DNA from: Candidatus Multivoradales bacterium
Lineage (GTDB): Bacteria; Acidobacteriota; Thermoanaerobaculia; Multivoradales; Multivoraceae
Reading direction: 5' to 3'
Assembly (NCBI GenBank): GCA_965223325.1
Contig: CBDCWI010000001.1
Span: forward strand, 1,088,001-1,152,000
DNA length: 64,000 bases
Positions 18,399 to 27,188 of the stretch are shown piece after piece. The position numbers were made by a program, and so were the translations under genes. Below the pieces are notes generated by a model. The model saw only the letters and a program-made list of their open reading frames with translations. It ran no database searches and had not been told where the DNA came from. Every line of letters begins with the position of its first letter. The stretch's first letter is position 1.

Positions 18399-20746
18399 GA
18401 GGCCCCTCCTTCGTGGTGGTCGTTGGGTGCGTGGCCGGTCAACGGCTCATGGGGAGCCCAGCCGGCCGGAATGCGCTCGGGTTCGCGTAGGCCGCGACCG
18501 AGTTGGATCATGCGCCCACCTGAACCTCTGCCGCGGTGCTCGCCACCGGCGATCGCTTCGACAGCAACTGAGGTACCGCCTGAGGCAATGGCACGGGTTC
18601 CAGACACGAGACGCGCCGGGTCGAGCAGTGCGTTGGCAGCCAGTCCGCGCTCGCCATAGCCACGCTCGAAACCGACCGGAACCGCGATCGTCCCCGGTCG
18701 CGCTGCCGGCGTGATCACGGCCGCCACGTCCGCCGTGGCGGCTGCCGTCGACAGGCGTACCAGGTCCCCGTTGTGGATCCCTCGTTCGGCCGCGTCAGCC
18801 GGCGAGATCTCTGCCCAGGCACCCCAGGTCACAGCCGAGAGAGGATCGGGCAGCTCGAAGAGCCAGGGGGTGGCGACGCCCGGGCGCGCTTTGACGCTCT
18901 CGAACAAGATCAGTTCCAGATCCACGGGGGAGGCCTTCTGGCCTGCCGGATCTCGCGGGTCCCAGGTCGATGCGGACGCACCGGCTGACGCGTCCTCGTT
19001 GGACTCTCGAGCGCCCGGCTCTCTGGCAGCGCGTGCGAGCTGGCCGCTCTCGAAGGCGTCGTCGATCGCGCGCCGCGCCGCCCGGCCGGACACCCCGAGC
19101 TGCCCGCCAACGACCTCCCGGTAGGCGTCTTCGGTTGACTCCCAGAGCCCTTCGGCTGCTGCTGCTGCTTCGGCGGAGGTCGCAGCACCGAGGGTACTCA
19201 CCAGCGCCAGTGCGATATCGCCGGGATGGCGTGCCTCGCCGCGTGCCTTGATGGCCGGCTCCGCGAGAACCAGGCCCGCGCCCGGAGCCGCCGGCTGCGG
19301 CAGAACGGCCTGCAGGCGCTCGAGTCCCACCTGCGCCGGAAGCACGAAGTCGGCGAGCTCGGTGGTGAGGTTGGTCTGGCCAGCGATCGCGATCACCAGC
19401 TCGGCGCCTTCGAGGGCTGGCCGCAACGAGGGTGTGTAGGCCAGCGCATCGACCTCGCTGATGATCGCTGCCTGCGTCTCTGGCGCGAGCGTCGGACCCG
19501 CCGCGGGCGGCGAGGCGCCGGCAACACCGAGAGTAAGCGGCGCCCGGTCTTCGCCGGGTGCCGGCTCGAGCGCCCCGAGCAAGCGCGCCAACGCCAGGCC
19601 CGCGACAACCGTCGCTGCCCCGTCAGGACCCTCGGCCGCCGCACCACCGGTGACAACCAGCGCCTTTCTGGCCGCCAACATTTCTTTCTCGACCCGCGCC
19701 AGGGTGGGCTCCGAAAGACCAGAGCGTTCCGCTACCGCGGCACGCGAGAGGTCGAGCGCGCTGGTCGGGGGGGTGCTCGGGAACAACGCCCGGTAGGCCG
19801 CTACCCGCTCTTCGGAAGCGCCGCCTCTCTCGATCACTGCTTCGGCCAGGGCGCGCACCAAGACGCCCTCACTTCCGGGCCGGATCGGCAGCCATAGGTC
19901 TGATTTGGCCGCGGTGAGCGAGTGGCGCGCCTCAGCCTGGATCAAACGACCGCGGCGGCCCGCACGACCGGCGACCAGGTTTGCGTAGCCTGCTGCCATC
20001 GCCACCGGACTGCGCCAGGCGTCGAGAAAAGGCGCGCCGACTCCGAGCACCCAGTCTGCCGCCCCCAGGTCGTAGGTCACCAGACTCGCACGACCGAAAA
20101 CGATCTCTGCCGCCCGGCGTTCGACGGCAGCCGACACCGGCTCGACGACCTCGGGTGCCTGGGCTCCCAGGGCTTCGGCAACACGTTGCCAGAGCATTGC
20201 CAACGGACCATCGGCGCGCGCGGTGAGAATCGCCATTGCGCTGCGATCGATGCTTGCCAGCCGTTCGCCGATATCAGCCAGCGCTTCCTCCCAGCTCACC
20301 TCTTCGAGAGGAGAAGAGCGATCGCCGCTGCGCCTCATCGGCACGAGCGGGCGTTCCGGGTGGTAGAGCTCCTGGAGGGCGGAGTGCCCGAGTGCACACA
20401 CGCCTCCTTTTCCCGTTGCGCTGTCGGGATCTCCCTCGAGCTTTCGCACATCGCCGTCCACCACCCGCGCTGTGACACCACAACTCGCCGGGCACTGACG
20501 GCAGACACTCTTCTTCCACACCGACGCTCCCGGCAAAGTGCTGGTGCGCTGCACCGCCTGCTCGAGGTAGAGGACCTCACGTTCCTTGCAGCCTGCCAGG
20601 AGGGCAGCGCCGGCGGCGGCGGACCCACCCAGAAGCAGACGGCGCGAAACGCCTGGCGCCTCCTCGAGAGGGGTCTTGCGGTCGCGGTGTTTTGATTCAG
20701 ACATGTCGGTACGGGGTAAGGTCTTCGTGATCACGCGTTCAAGCAT
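18395..20746 (-). CDS. Molybdopterin-oxidoreductase-fold Tat lipoprotein (ActB1/QrcB-like)
   Basis: SRRLLL..LAGC Tat/lipobox; CRQCPASC...GGVC; ADLWLPIRPGSE; ADFVLP; EISPADAAERGIHNGD. Start is 20746 (TGATG coupling) or 20704. Confidence 0.88.
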   Translation of the reverse strand: MLERVITKTLPRTDMSESKHRDRKTPLEEAPGVSRRLLLGGSAAAGAALLAGCKEREVLYLEQAVQRTSTLPGASVWKKSVCRQCPASCGVTARVVDGDVRKLEGDPDSATGKGGVCALGHSALQELYHPERPLVPMRRSGDRSSPLEEVSWEEALADIGERLASIDRSAMAILTARADGPLAMLWQRVAEALGAQAPEVVEPVSAAVERRAAEIVFGRASLVTYDLGAADWVLGVGAPFLDAWRSPVAMAAGYANLVAGRAGRRGRLIQAEARHSLTAAKSDLWLPIRPGSEGVLVRALAEAVIERGGASEERVAAYRALFPSTPPTSALDLSRAAVAERSGLSEPTLARVEKEMLAARKALVVTGGAAAEGPDGAATVVAGLALARLLGALEPAPGEDRAPLTLGVAGASPPAAGPTLAPETQAAIISEVDALAYTPSLRPALEGAELVIAIAGQTNLTTELADFVLPAQVGLERLQAVLPQPAAPGAGLVLAEPAIKARGEARHPGDIALALVSTLGAATSAEAAAAAEGLWESTEDAYREVVGGQLGVSGRAARRAIDDAFESGQLARAAREPGARESNEDASAGASASTWDPRDPAGQKASPVDLELILFESVKARPGVATPWLFELPDPLSAVTWGAWAEISPADAAERGIHNGDLVRLSTAAATADVAAVITPAARPGTIAVPVGFERGYGERGLAANALLDPARLVSGTRAIASGGTSVAVEAIAGGEHRGRGSGGRMIQLGRGLREPERIPAGWAPHEPLTGHAPNDHHEGGAS

Positions 20747-21240
20747 CAGTAGTGGCAGGTCAAGCAGTCGTCGCTGGCGGAGCGTTCGCGGTGGCAATCG
20801 ACACACCACCCCATGTCGGCGACGTTGCGCTGCGCGACCGCAACGCTCATCGACGCGACGTCGCCATGGCACTCCGCGCACCCGACACCGGCGACGGCGT
20901 GCGCACCGTGATGGAAGTGCGCCATTGCGTCCGCGCCGATGTCATGCACCTTGATCCACTGAATCGGTGTCTTGGTCTCCCAGGCTTCGAGGACCTTGAT
21001 GACCTCGGGGTGGTCCTGGAGGATGCGTCGGTGGCAGGCCGCGCACGCGGCGACGCCGGGCAAACCGGCCCGTTTGACGGTCTCGGCACCGCGGTGGCAG
21101 CGCACACACTCGATCTCGGCCTCGGCATGGGCCGTATGATCGAACTGGATGGGCTGATCGACCGGAGCGGGGGCTCCCTGAGCCGGACCACATGCCGCAC
21201 CGAGGAGCGCAACCAGCAGGCACAAACCGAGAAGCGTCAC
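20746..21240 (-). CDS. Pentaheme c-type cytochrome (ActA/QrcA-like)
   Basis: Five CxxCH motifs (CVRCH, CAACH, CAECH, CVDCH, CLTCH), QPIQFDH, MGWC; LGAAC lipobox; GTG start uncertain. Confidence 0.9.
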   Translation of the reverse strand: MTLLGLCLLVALLGAACGPAQGAPAPVDQPIQFDHTAHAEAEIECVRCHRGAETVKRAGLPGVAACAACHRRILQDHPEVIKVLEAWETKTPIQWIKVHDIGADAMAHFHHGAHAVAGVGCAECHGDVASMSVAVAQRNVADMGWCVDCHRERSASDDCLTCHY

Positions 21241-21243
21241 TCG

Positions 21244-21834
21244 ATGACCCAGGACTTTTGGCAGCGAATCGACAACGGAAGCCCCAGGGGCTACTGGGAA
21301 GAAGTTGCCACCAGGGTGCGCAACCAGATCGCCATGCGCCTGGTGCGCGAGCTCGCCGGCTACCCTGCGGGCGCGACGGCCGTCCTCGGCAGAGCGACCG
21401 GTTTTCTCCGCCAGCGCCTTGCGGCCGACCGTCCGAGCGATTCTCGGGTTCTGGCCTGGACTTCGGCGGGCGACTTCGTCGAGGACCGGCTGAGGGGAAA
21501 GGCGCGAGAGACGGCCTTTCGGCACGTCGTGTGCTTCGAGGCGCTCGAGGACCTCGAGCACGGCGAGTGGGCGGAGCTCCTCGAGCTGCTCTGCGAACAG
21601 CCACCGGGAACCCTGTGGGTGGCAGCTCGCCATCCGCACGCCGGCCGCGGCGTGATCGAGGCTCTCCTGCCTCCCCCACTCTGCAGCATCCTCGACCCCG
21701 TGCATTTCCTCCGCTCCCTCCATACCCAGACACCTCTCCGACTCGACCGGCGAGAAGAGCAGTCGTCGCGGGGCTACGCGATGCGCCTCGACATCCTGCT
21801 CGACGCTGGTCCTGCCGGAGAAGCCGGCAGCTAG
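21244..21834 (+). CDS. Hypothetical protein, possible degenerate class I methyltransferase fold
   Basis: Gene-like codon pattern; FRHVVCFEALEDL resembles FDxVxxxxxLEH; no GxG motif I. Confidence 0.5.
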   Translation: MTQDFWQRIDNGSPRGYWEEVATRVRNQIAMRLVRELAGYPAGATAVLGRATGFLRQRLAADRPSDSRVLAWTSAGDFVEDRLRGKARETAFRHVVCFEALEDLEHGEWAELLELLCEQPPGTLWVAARHPHAGRGVIEALLPPPLCSILDPVHFLRSLHTQTPLRLDRREEQSSRGYAMRLDILLDAGPAGEAGS

Positions 21835-22000
21835 CCGTACCAGCGGCACTCCAGACGGCGCGCCGCGCTCTTGGACCCTTTCGGATTGGAGACCTGTTCT
21901 ATCACCATCGCCGCCGGGGGCCCAACGGTTGCTGCGACCGGCTGGCAGGCGGGAGACTCTCGGGTAATCTCTAGCAGAACCTGCCGACGAGGAAACACCT

Positions 22001-22825
22001 ATGTACCAGAGCATTCAGTACCGGGTCGATGAACCCATCGCCACCATAACCCTGGACCGCCCCGAGCAGCTCAACGCCCTCACCGGGCCCATGCTGCTCG
22101 AACTCCAACACGCCTTCGGGCGTGCCGAGGCGGATCCGGCCGTGGTCGGAATCCTGCTCACCGGCTCGGGGCGCGGCTTCTGCGCCGGCGCCGACATGAA
22201 GATGCTCCAGGACATTGGCGACGGGAAAGAGCGTGACCAGGCGACGGCGCTCGGCGACATCGAGCGGCCGGGCGTTGACCTCGGCGATGACTTCGCGCAC
22301 GGCTACGCCTACCTGTTGACGATCAAGAAGCCGATCCTGGCGGCCATCAACGGACCCTGCGCTGGACTGGGCTTTGCCATCGCCATGCTGTGTGACATGC
22401 GCTACAGCTCCAACCGCGCCGTCTTCACCTCGGCCTTTGCCAACCGCGGTCTCATTGCCGAGCACGGAACCAGCTGGATCCTGCCGCGTCTGGTGGGCCC
22501 GGCGCACGCCCTCGACATTCTGTGGAGCGGTCGCAAGTTCGACGCCACCGAAGCAGAGCGCATCGGGGTCGTCAACCGCGTGCTGCCGCACGAGGAGCTC
22601 CTCGGGGCGGCGCGTGGCTATCTCGAAATGCTGGCCGAACGCTCGGCTCCACGCTCCCTGATGATCATGAAGCAGCAGGTCTACAAGCACCTCATCAAGA
22701 GTCTCGGCGAGAGCTACCTCGAGTCCGAGGAATTGATGCGCGAAAGCCTCGAGCGAGATGATTTCAAGGAGGGCGTCAAGTCTTTCCTCGAGCGTCGCGC
22801 GCCCGAGTTCACGCGCGTGTCGTAG
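22001..22825 (+). CDS. Enoyl-CoA hydratase/isomerase family protein
   Basis: ITLDRPEQLNAL, GFCAGAD, KPILAAINGPCAGLG, DFKEGVKSFLERR. Confidence 0.93.
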   Translation: MYQSIQYRVDEPIATITLDRPEQLNALTGPMLLELQHAFGRAEADPAVVGILLTGSGRGFCAGADMKMLQDIGDGKERDQATALGDIERPGVDLGDDFAHGYAYLLTIKKPILAAINGPCAGLGFAIAMLCDMRYSSNRAVFTSAFANRGLIAEHGTSWILPRLVGPAHALDILWSGRKFDATEAERIGVVNRVLPHEELLGAARGYLEMLAERSAPRSLMIMKQQVYKHLIKSLGESYLESEELMRESLERDDFKEGVKSFLERRAPEFTRVS

Positions 22826-22855
22826 CCCGGGGAGCGCCGGTCGCCGGCGCGCGAG

Positions 22856-23086
22856 ATGGACGTTTGACCCGTTCCCCACTCCTGCCCCTGGTGCGGCGCA
22901 GCGGGCGAGACCCTCACCGACCCGTCGGGGGCACGGTCGCGGAGCTACGTCGAGGACTGTTGGGTTTGCTGCCGCCCGATTCGCTGCCACGTGACCTGGG
23001 CGAGTGACACCGCGCACGGCGTTGAACACGACGATGGGCGCGCCAGCAGAAGAAGCCCGCGGGTCAACGTCGAAGCCGAAGAGTGA
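22856..23086 (+). pseudogene. CPxCG Cys-rich small protein with in-frame TGA at codon 4 (pseudogene or recoded)
   Basis: Hand-translated: MDV*PVPHSCPWCGAAGETLTDPSGARSRSYVEDCWVCCRPI...VEAEE; CPxCG...YVEDCxVCCRP signature. Confidence 0.7.
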
Positions 23087-23116
23087 TCCCATCGAGCCCG
23101 CAAGCGGTAGCTGCGC

Positions 23117-23158
23117 TATAGTCTCGCTCAGAATTTTTGAATACTCAAAATATCTGAG
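23117..23158 (+). promoter_or_regulatory. -10 box (TATAGT) followed by a 14-4-14 inverted-repeat operator
   Basis: CTCAGAATTTTTGA-ATAC-TCAAAATATCTGAG (12/14 symmetric), AT-rich, ending 17 nt before the ATG. Confidence 0.7.
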
Positions 23159-23175
23159 AGCCCTGAAACAGAGCC

Positions 23176-24045
23176 ATGCGATCGCCGGTCCAGAAACGAA
23201 ACCAAGCCGTCCTCCTCGCCGTCTTCCAGGCCATTCTCCTGGCGCTGTTCGCCAGCCCATCGGTGGCCGGGGCTCGGAATGCACTCGGAAACGAACCGCC
23301 AGCGGAACTGGTTACCGACCGTCCCGACCAGACTGAGTCGGCGGCGGTCGTCGGCAAAGGCTCGACCCAGATCGAGACTGGTTGGCTCCTCACCCACAGC
23401 GACCGCTCGGGGGAGGAGACCGACACGCAGGAGATCCCCGGCACCCTGGTTCGCATCGGGGTGAGCCGACGAGTCGAGCTGCGCCTGGGCTGGGCCGGAC
23501 AGATCGACTTCGAGTCTGACGTGCGCGGGCCGACCGGTCGGCGCTCTCGAAGCTCAGGATCGGGCGATGCCAGCCTGGGAGTGAAGGTGCGACTGGTCGA
23601 CGAACGCGGTAGACGGCCCGAGATCGCGGTTCTGGCTGGAACTTCATTGCCAGTCGGAAGTCGGGACTTCAGCACTCACCGCGAAGACCCGTCGTTTCGT
23701 TTCTCGCTCGCCCACACGCTCTCCGAATCGGTCAGTCTGGGCTACAACCTCGGCCTCGAGTGGGAGTCGACCCGGCAAGCGGACGGCGGTTTCTCGACCA
23801 CTTCGCGGGGGATCTACACCGTCGCTCTCGGCTTCGGTATCACCGACCGCCTCGGGGCTTTTGTCGAGGTCTTCGGTGATGTCGCAGCGAGCGCTCGGGG
23901 CGGGCCAGCTCACCTGGCCGACGGCGGCTTCACCTACCTCCTGCGCGACAACCTGCAACTCGACATTGCCGCGGGCGTCGGTTTGAACGACCGCGCCGAC
24001 GACTGGTTCGTGGGGCTGGGCCTCACGCTTCGACTACCGCGCTAG
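23176..24045 (+). CDS. Outer-membrane beta-barrel transporter (MetA-pathway/CoxB-like family)
   Basis: Signal peptide, LVTDRPDQTESAAVV, GSTQIETG, alternating beta strands, NLQLD near C-terminus. Confidence 0.82.
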   Translation: MRSPVQKRNQAVLLAVFQAILLALFASPSVAGARNALGNEPPAELVTDRPDQTESAAVVGKGSTQIETGWLLTHSDRSGEETDTQEIPGTLVRIGVSRRVELRLGWAGQIDFESDVRGPTGRRSRSSGSGDASLGVKVRLVDERGRRPEIAVLAGTSLPVGSRDFSTHREDPSFRFSLAHTLSESVSLGYNLGLEWESTRQADGGFSTTSRGIYTVALGFGITDRLGAFVEVFGDVAASARGGPAHLADGGFTYLLRDNLQLDIAAGVGLNDRADDWFVGLGLTLRLPR

Positions 24046-24054
24046 GCGCAAGGT

Positions 24055-25761
24055 CTACTCGGGGACCGCACGGCCCCAGAAAACCAGTCCGCCTTCGAAG
24101 TTCGAAGCGAAGAGAGCGTCGCGCTGGTCGAGGTGCACGGTCAGCGGGATCGAATCCCAGAAGAGTTCCTCGTCGCTGGTGCGCTCGAAGACGGCAACCA
24201 ACGCCGCCGGTCGACCGTCGAGGAGCTCGGCAGGAACGTCCAGATCGAGAGTCGTGTCGTCACCGCTCTGCATGCCGGCAACGAAGGCACCGTAGTTCTC
24301 ACCCAGGAGCCCGTAGAGCTCATCACCGAGCTGCAAGTAGACGTCTTCGAGGACACCGCCGGCTGCTGGAGCACGCGTTCCCACCTCGAGCACCATTTCG
24401 AGAATCCCACCCGACGCCCGAGAAGCGCGCCGCCTCATGCGACACGGAACGCAGGGCTCGCTCCCCGGAGTCGGCTGGTTCGAAGCCAGGGTCAACTGAG
24501 GTCGTGCCGGGGGAAGTGTGATGGCGAGCGGCTCAGAAAGAGCAAGCGCGTACCCGCCGTCGTAGGTTTCGGCATCGAAAGGCGCGCGATCGAGGCCGAT
24601 GGCGACCCGGAGCACACGGTCGATGTGTTCGAAGTTCGAATCCATGTAGGGCACACCGTCTGCCGCAAGAAAGAAGTCACCGGGGCCGAGGGCAATCGAA
24701 ATGAGGTCAGGATCATCGGCGCGCAGGGTTGCTAGTGCACCCGGGTGGGCGTTCTCCCATTCGAACAGCCAACCGCTGAGGAAGGCGGTAGCAAAGGATG
24801 ACCCGGGAGGGATCACGAGGTTCACGACTCCCTCTTCCTCGAACTCTTCGAGGGTCTCGCGAATCAGGCCATGGCCGGGAAAGAGGGCGTCGTAGCCAGC
24901 GGGCGTAGCGTCTTCGGGCGCCACGTTTCCGGTCGGCCAGAAACGTCGGAGATCGAGGTTGCCCACCGCGATCGTGGAAGGGTCCGAAGCCGGAAAGAGA
25001 AGCTCGCCGTGGTTGCCGGCGGCCGCCAGAATCAGCATTCCGCGGTCGTTGTGCAAGTGCGCCAGGACCCGACTGACTTCGCAGGTGATGCTATCGCCCG
25101 CGACACAAGGTTCGGCGTCGAGCAGGCGGCCGAAGCTCAGGTTCATGAGCGGCGGCGCCGCTTCGAGCTCCGCCACCTGGCAGAGCTGTTCGAGCACGTG
25201 GAAGTCGCTCACCCCGGGCATCGATTGCGTGACCTGAAGAGTCGGGTGGTCGAGAAAGAAGTAGTACGGCAGGACCTTGTAGTCGGTCACCGCATCCATC
25301 ACCGTCCAGATCCACACCGCGTGACTGCCCTCGTCCCAGTCAAGGGTCGCGATGTCGTCGTAGTGGCTCCAGAGCGTATTCCGGCAGCCAGAACAGGCCC
25401 GGCCACCCGGAGCCTCGGGCGAATCACGGTCGCGGTCGAGAACCAGCGGCACGGAGACGCCGGCGGCCAGCGGCGCACACCCCGGTGCCCGCAGGTCGCC
25501 AAGAGCGGCGCGCTCGGCGCCGAAGGTGTAGGTACCGAGGGCTCCGCAGGCGAGCTGCTCAACGCTTCGGCCGCTGCATCCGGGTGGTGAGCGTTCCCAG
25601 CTCACCGCCGCCGCCCTGGGCCCTTCGAACAACGACAGGAATCCATCGACCTGCGCACCAACCGGCAACGCGAAGGAGGCAAGCACGGCCAGCCAGCAGC
25701 AGAGAGGCGTGGTCCAGCCGCGGGCATGCGCCAGGCGACCAGGAGCTGGAGAGAGCAACAT
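24055..25761 (-). CDS. Secreted divergent S8 subtilase-like protein
   Basis: MNLSFG, AAAGNHG, FPAS..IAVG, GSSFATAFLSG; putative Asp (IATLD) and His (SHAVWI); start uncertain. Confidence 0.72.
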   Translation of the reverse strand: MLLSPAPGRLAHARGWTTPLCCWLAVLASFALPVGAQVDGFLSLFEGPRAAAVSWERSPPGCSGRSVEQLACGALGTYTFGAERAALGDLRAPGCAPLAAGVSVPLVLDRDRDSPEAPGGRACSGCRNTLWSHYDDIATLDWDEGSHAVWIWTVMDAVTDYKVLPYYFFLDHPTLQVTQSMPGVSDFHVLEQLCQVAELEAAPPLMNLSFGRLLDAEPCVAGDSITCEVSRVLAHLHNDRGMLILAAAGNHGELLFPASDPSTIAVGNLDLRRFWPTGNVAPEDATPAGYDALFPGHGLIRETLEEFEEEGVVNLVIPPGSSFATAFLSGWLFEWENAHPGALATLRADDPDLISIALGPGDFFLAADGVPYMDSNFEHIDRVLRVAIGLDRAPFDAETYDGGYALALSEPLAITLPPARPQLTLASNQPTPGSEPCVPCRMRRRASRASGGILEMVLEVGTRAPAAGGVLEDVYLQLGDELYGLLGENYGAFVAGMQSGDDTTLDLDVPAELLDGRPAALVAVFERTSDEELFWDSIPLTVHLDQRDALFASNFEGGLVFWGRAVPE

Positions 25762-26059
25762 TCTTCGGGGCCAATCGACAAGAGTAGAGAACGACACACC
25801 GCGCAACCGGCAGCCATACATAGAGACAGCGCTATTTTAGCATAAGCCAGGGTCAGACAGGCTAGCCTGGGACCCTTCCCGGTGGTTCAGTCGCCCGGCG
25901 AGGCGTCGTGTGCCTCTTAGGGGTTCCCTGCTTCCGGCGGAGCCTGATGTGACTCTCGCAGCGCGGCGCGGTCCAGGTTTTCGCTTCCCTGTTCGCACAG
26001 TTCCTTCACCCCTCCCGTTTCGCTGGAGGCGAGGCCCCTGAGGCTCTCGAGGAGAATCC

Positions 26060-27112
26060 ATGGCTCGCCTGTTTCCGTTGTTCATCACCCTCGCGGCACT
26101 CTTGGGGCTGATCTTCGTCTGCGCCCAGCGCCACGCCGGCCTCATTCAAACCGAGCTGCTCGCGGACGTGCGATCCGCACTTGCCGACGAAGACTTCGCG
26201 ACCGTGGCCACCAGCGTGCATTGGCGCGACATCACTCTCAGCGGCTCAGTCGACAGCGAAGAAGACCGAGCGCGCGCCCACGAGCTCGCACAGAGTGTCT
26301 GGGGCGTCCATGACGTCGTGAGCGATCTCGAGGTGAGGGTCCTGCCAAAACCTTCCTTCGAGCTCGACTTCGAACGCGGGCAGGTCGTGCTCAGCGGTGT
26401 GGTCAACCGTGAGGCAGCGGTAAGAAACATCGAGGCCGGCGCCACCTCAATCTACGGCGAGGACGGTTTCCGAAACCAACTCACGACAAACGACGTCCAG
26501 GCGTCGTCATGGCTCGCCAACCTGGTCGAGGTGCTGCGAGCCCACGCCGACGCCGAAGGCGGCCTCGAGACCACCGGGTTCCGCATCGCCAGCGATCGCA
26601 TGACCTTGTTCGGTCAGGTACCGAGTACCGAGCTCAGAGAGCAGATCGCCAACCAGATCGCTCTGGTCGTGCCCGATCTGGTGATCGACAATCAGATCCA
26701 GGTAGTTGGCGCAGAGACGCAGATCGCCGAGATCCTCGACCTCGAAGTCATCGAGTTCGAGACCGACAGCGACCAACTCACCGCCGAAGGCCGCCGCATC
26801 GCCCTACGAGTGCGCGCGATCCTCGCGCGCATCGGCGACTTCGAGATCGAGGTCGGCGGCCACACGGACTCGGTCGGCGACTCGGCCTACAACCGCGACC
26901 TGTCTCGGCGGCGCGCACTCACCGTCGTCCGAACACTCAGCGAGACCTTGCCCCGCGACCAGTTCACTGTCAGGGGCTTCGGCGAAGAGCGCCCCATTGC
27001 AGACAACGAAACCGAGGCAGGGCGTCAGAAGAACCGCCGCATCGAGTTTCGCTTCCTGCGTGGCGGAACGATCGCCAGTGCGCCCGACGCCGGCGATGCG
27101 CCTCCAGGTTGA
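26060..27112 (+). CDS. BON + OmpA-like peptidoglycan-binding protein (ArfA/Rv0899-like architecture)
   Basis: N-terminal TM; BON (ITLSGSVDSEEDR..VWGVHDVVSDL); OmpA-C (GHTDSVG..NRDLSRRRA..NRRIEF). Confidence 0.88.
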   Translation: MARLFPLFITLAALLGLIFVCAQRHAGLIQTELLADVRSALADEDFATVATSVHWRDITLSGSVDSEEDRARAHELAQSVWGVHDVVSDLEVRVLPKPSFELDFERGQVVLSGVVNREAAVRNIEAGATSIYGEDGFRNQLTTNDVQASSWLANLVEVLRAHADAEGGLETTGFRIASDRMTLFGQVPSTELREQIANQIALVVPDLVIDNQIQVVGAETQIAEILDLEVIEFETDSDQLTAEGRRIALRVRAILARIGDFEIEVGGHTDSVGDSAYNRDLSRRRALTVVRTLSETLPRDQFTVRGFGEERPIADNETEAGRQKNRRIEFRFLRGGTIASAPDAGDAPPG

Positions 27113-27188
27113 GCCAACTCTCTATGCCCCGAACGTTCCAAGAACTCGATTCATACTCCACTGACGCTTCGTCGAGAGGTTCCGCAAG

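Noticed and set aside
21241-22014. Long N-terminal extension of the cytochrome ORF (422 aa)
   Set aside because: Antisense shadow of the plus-strand gene; the signal peptide begins near 21240.
25924-25952. Minus-strand TCAGG-N10-AGCAG resembling SRP RNA domain IV
   Set aside because: No GNRA tetraloop and no flanking long helix.
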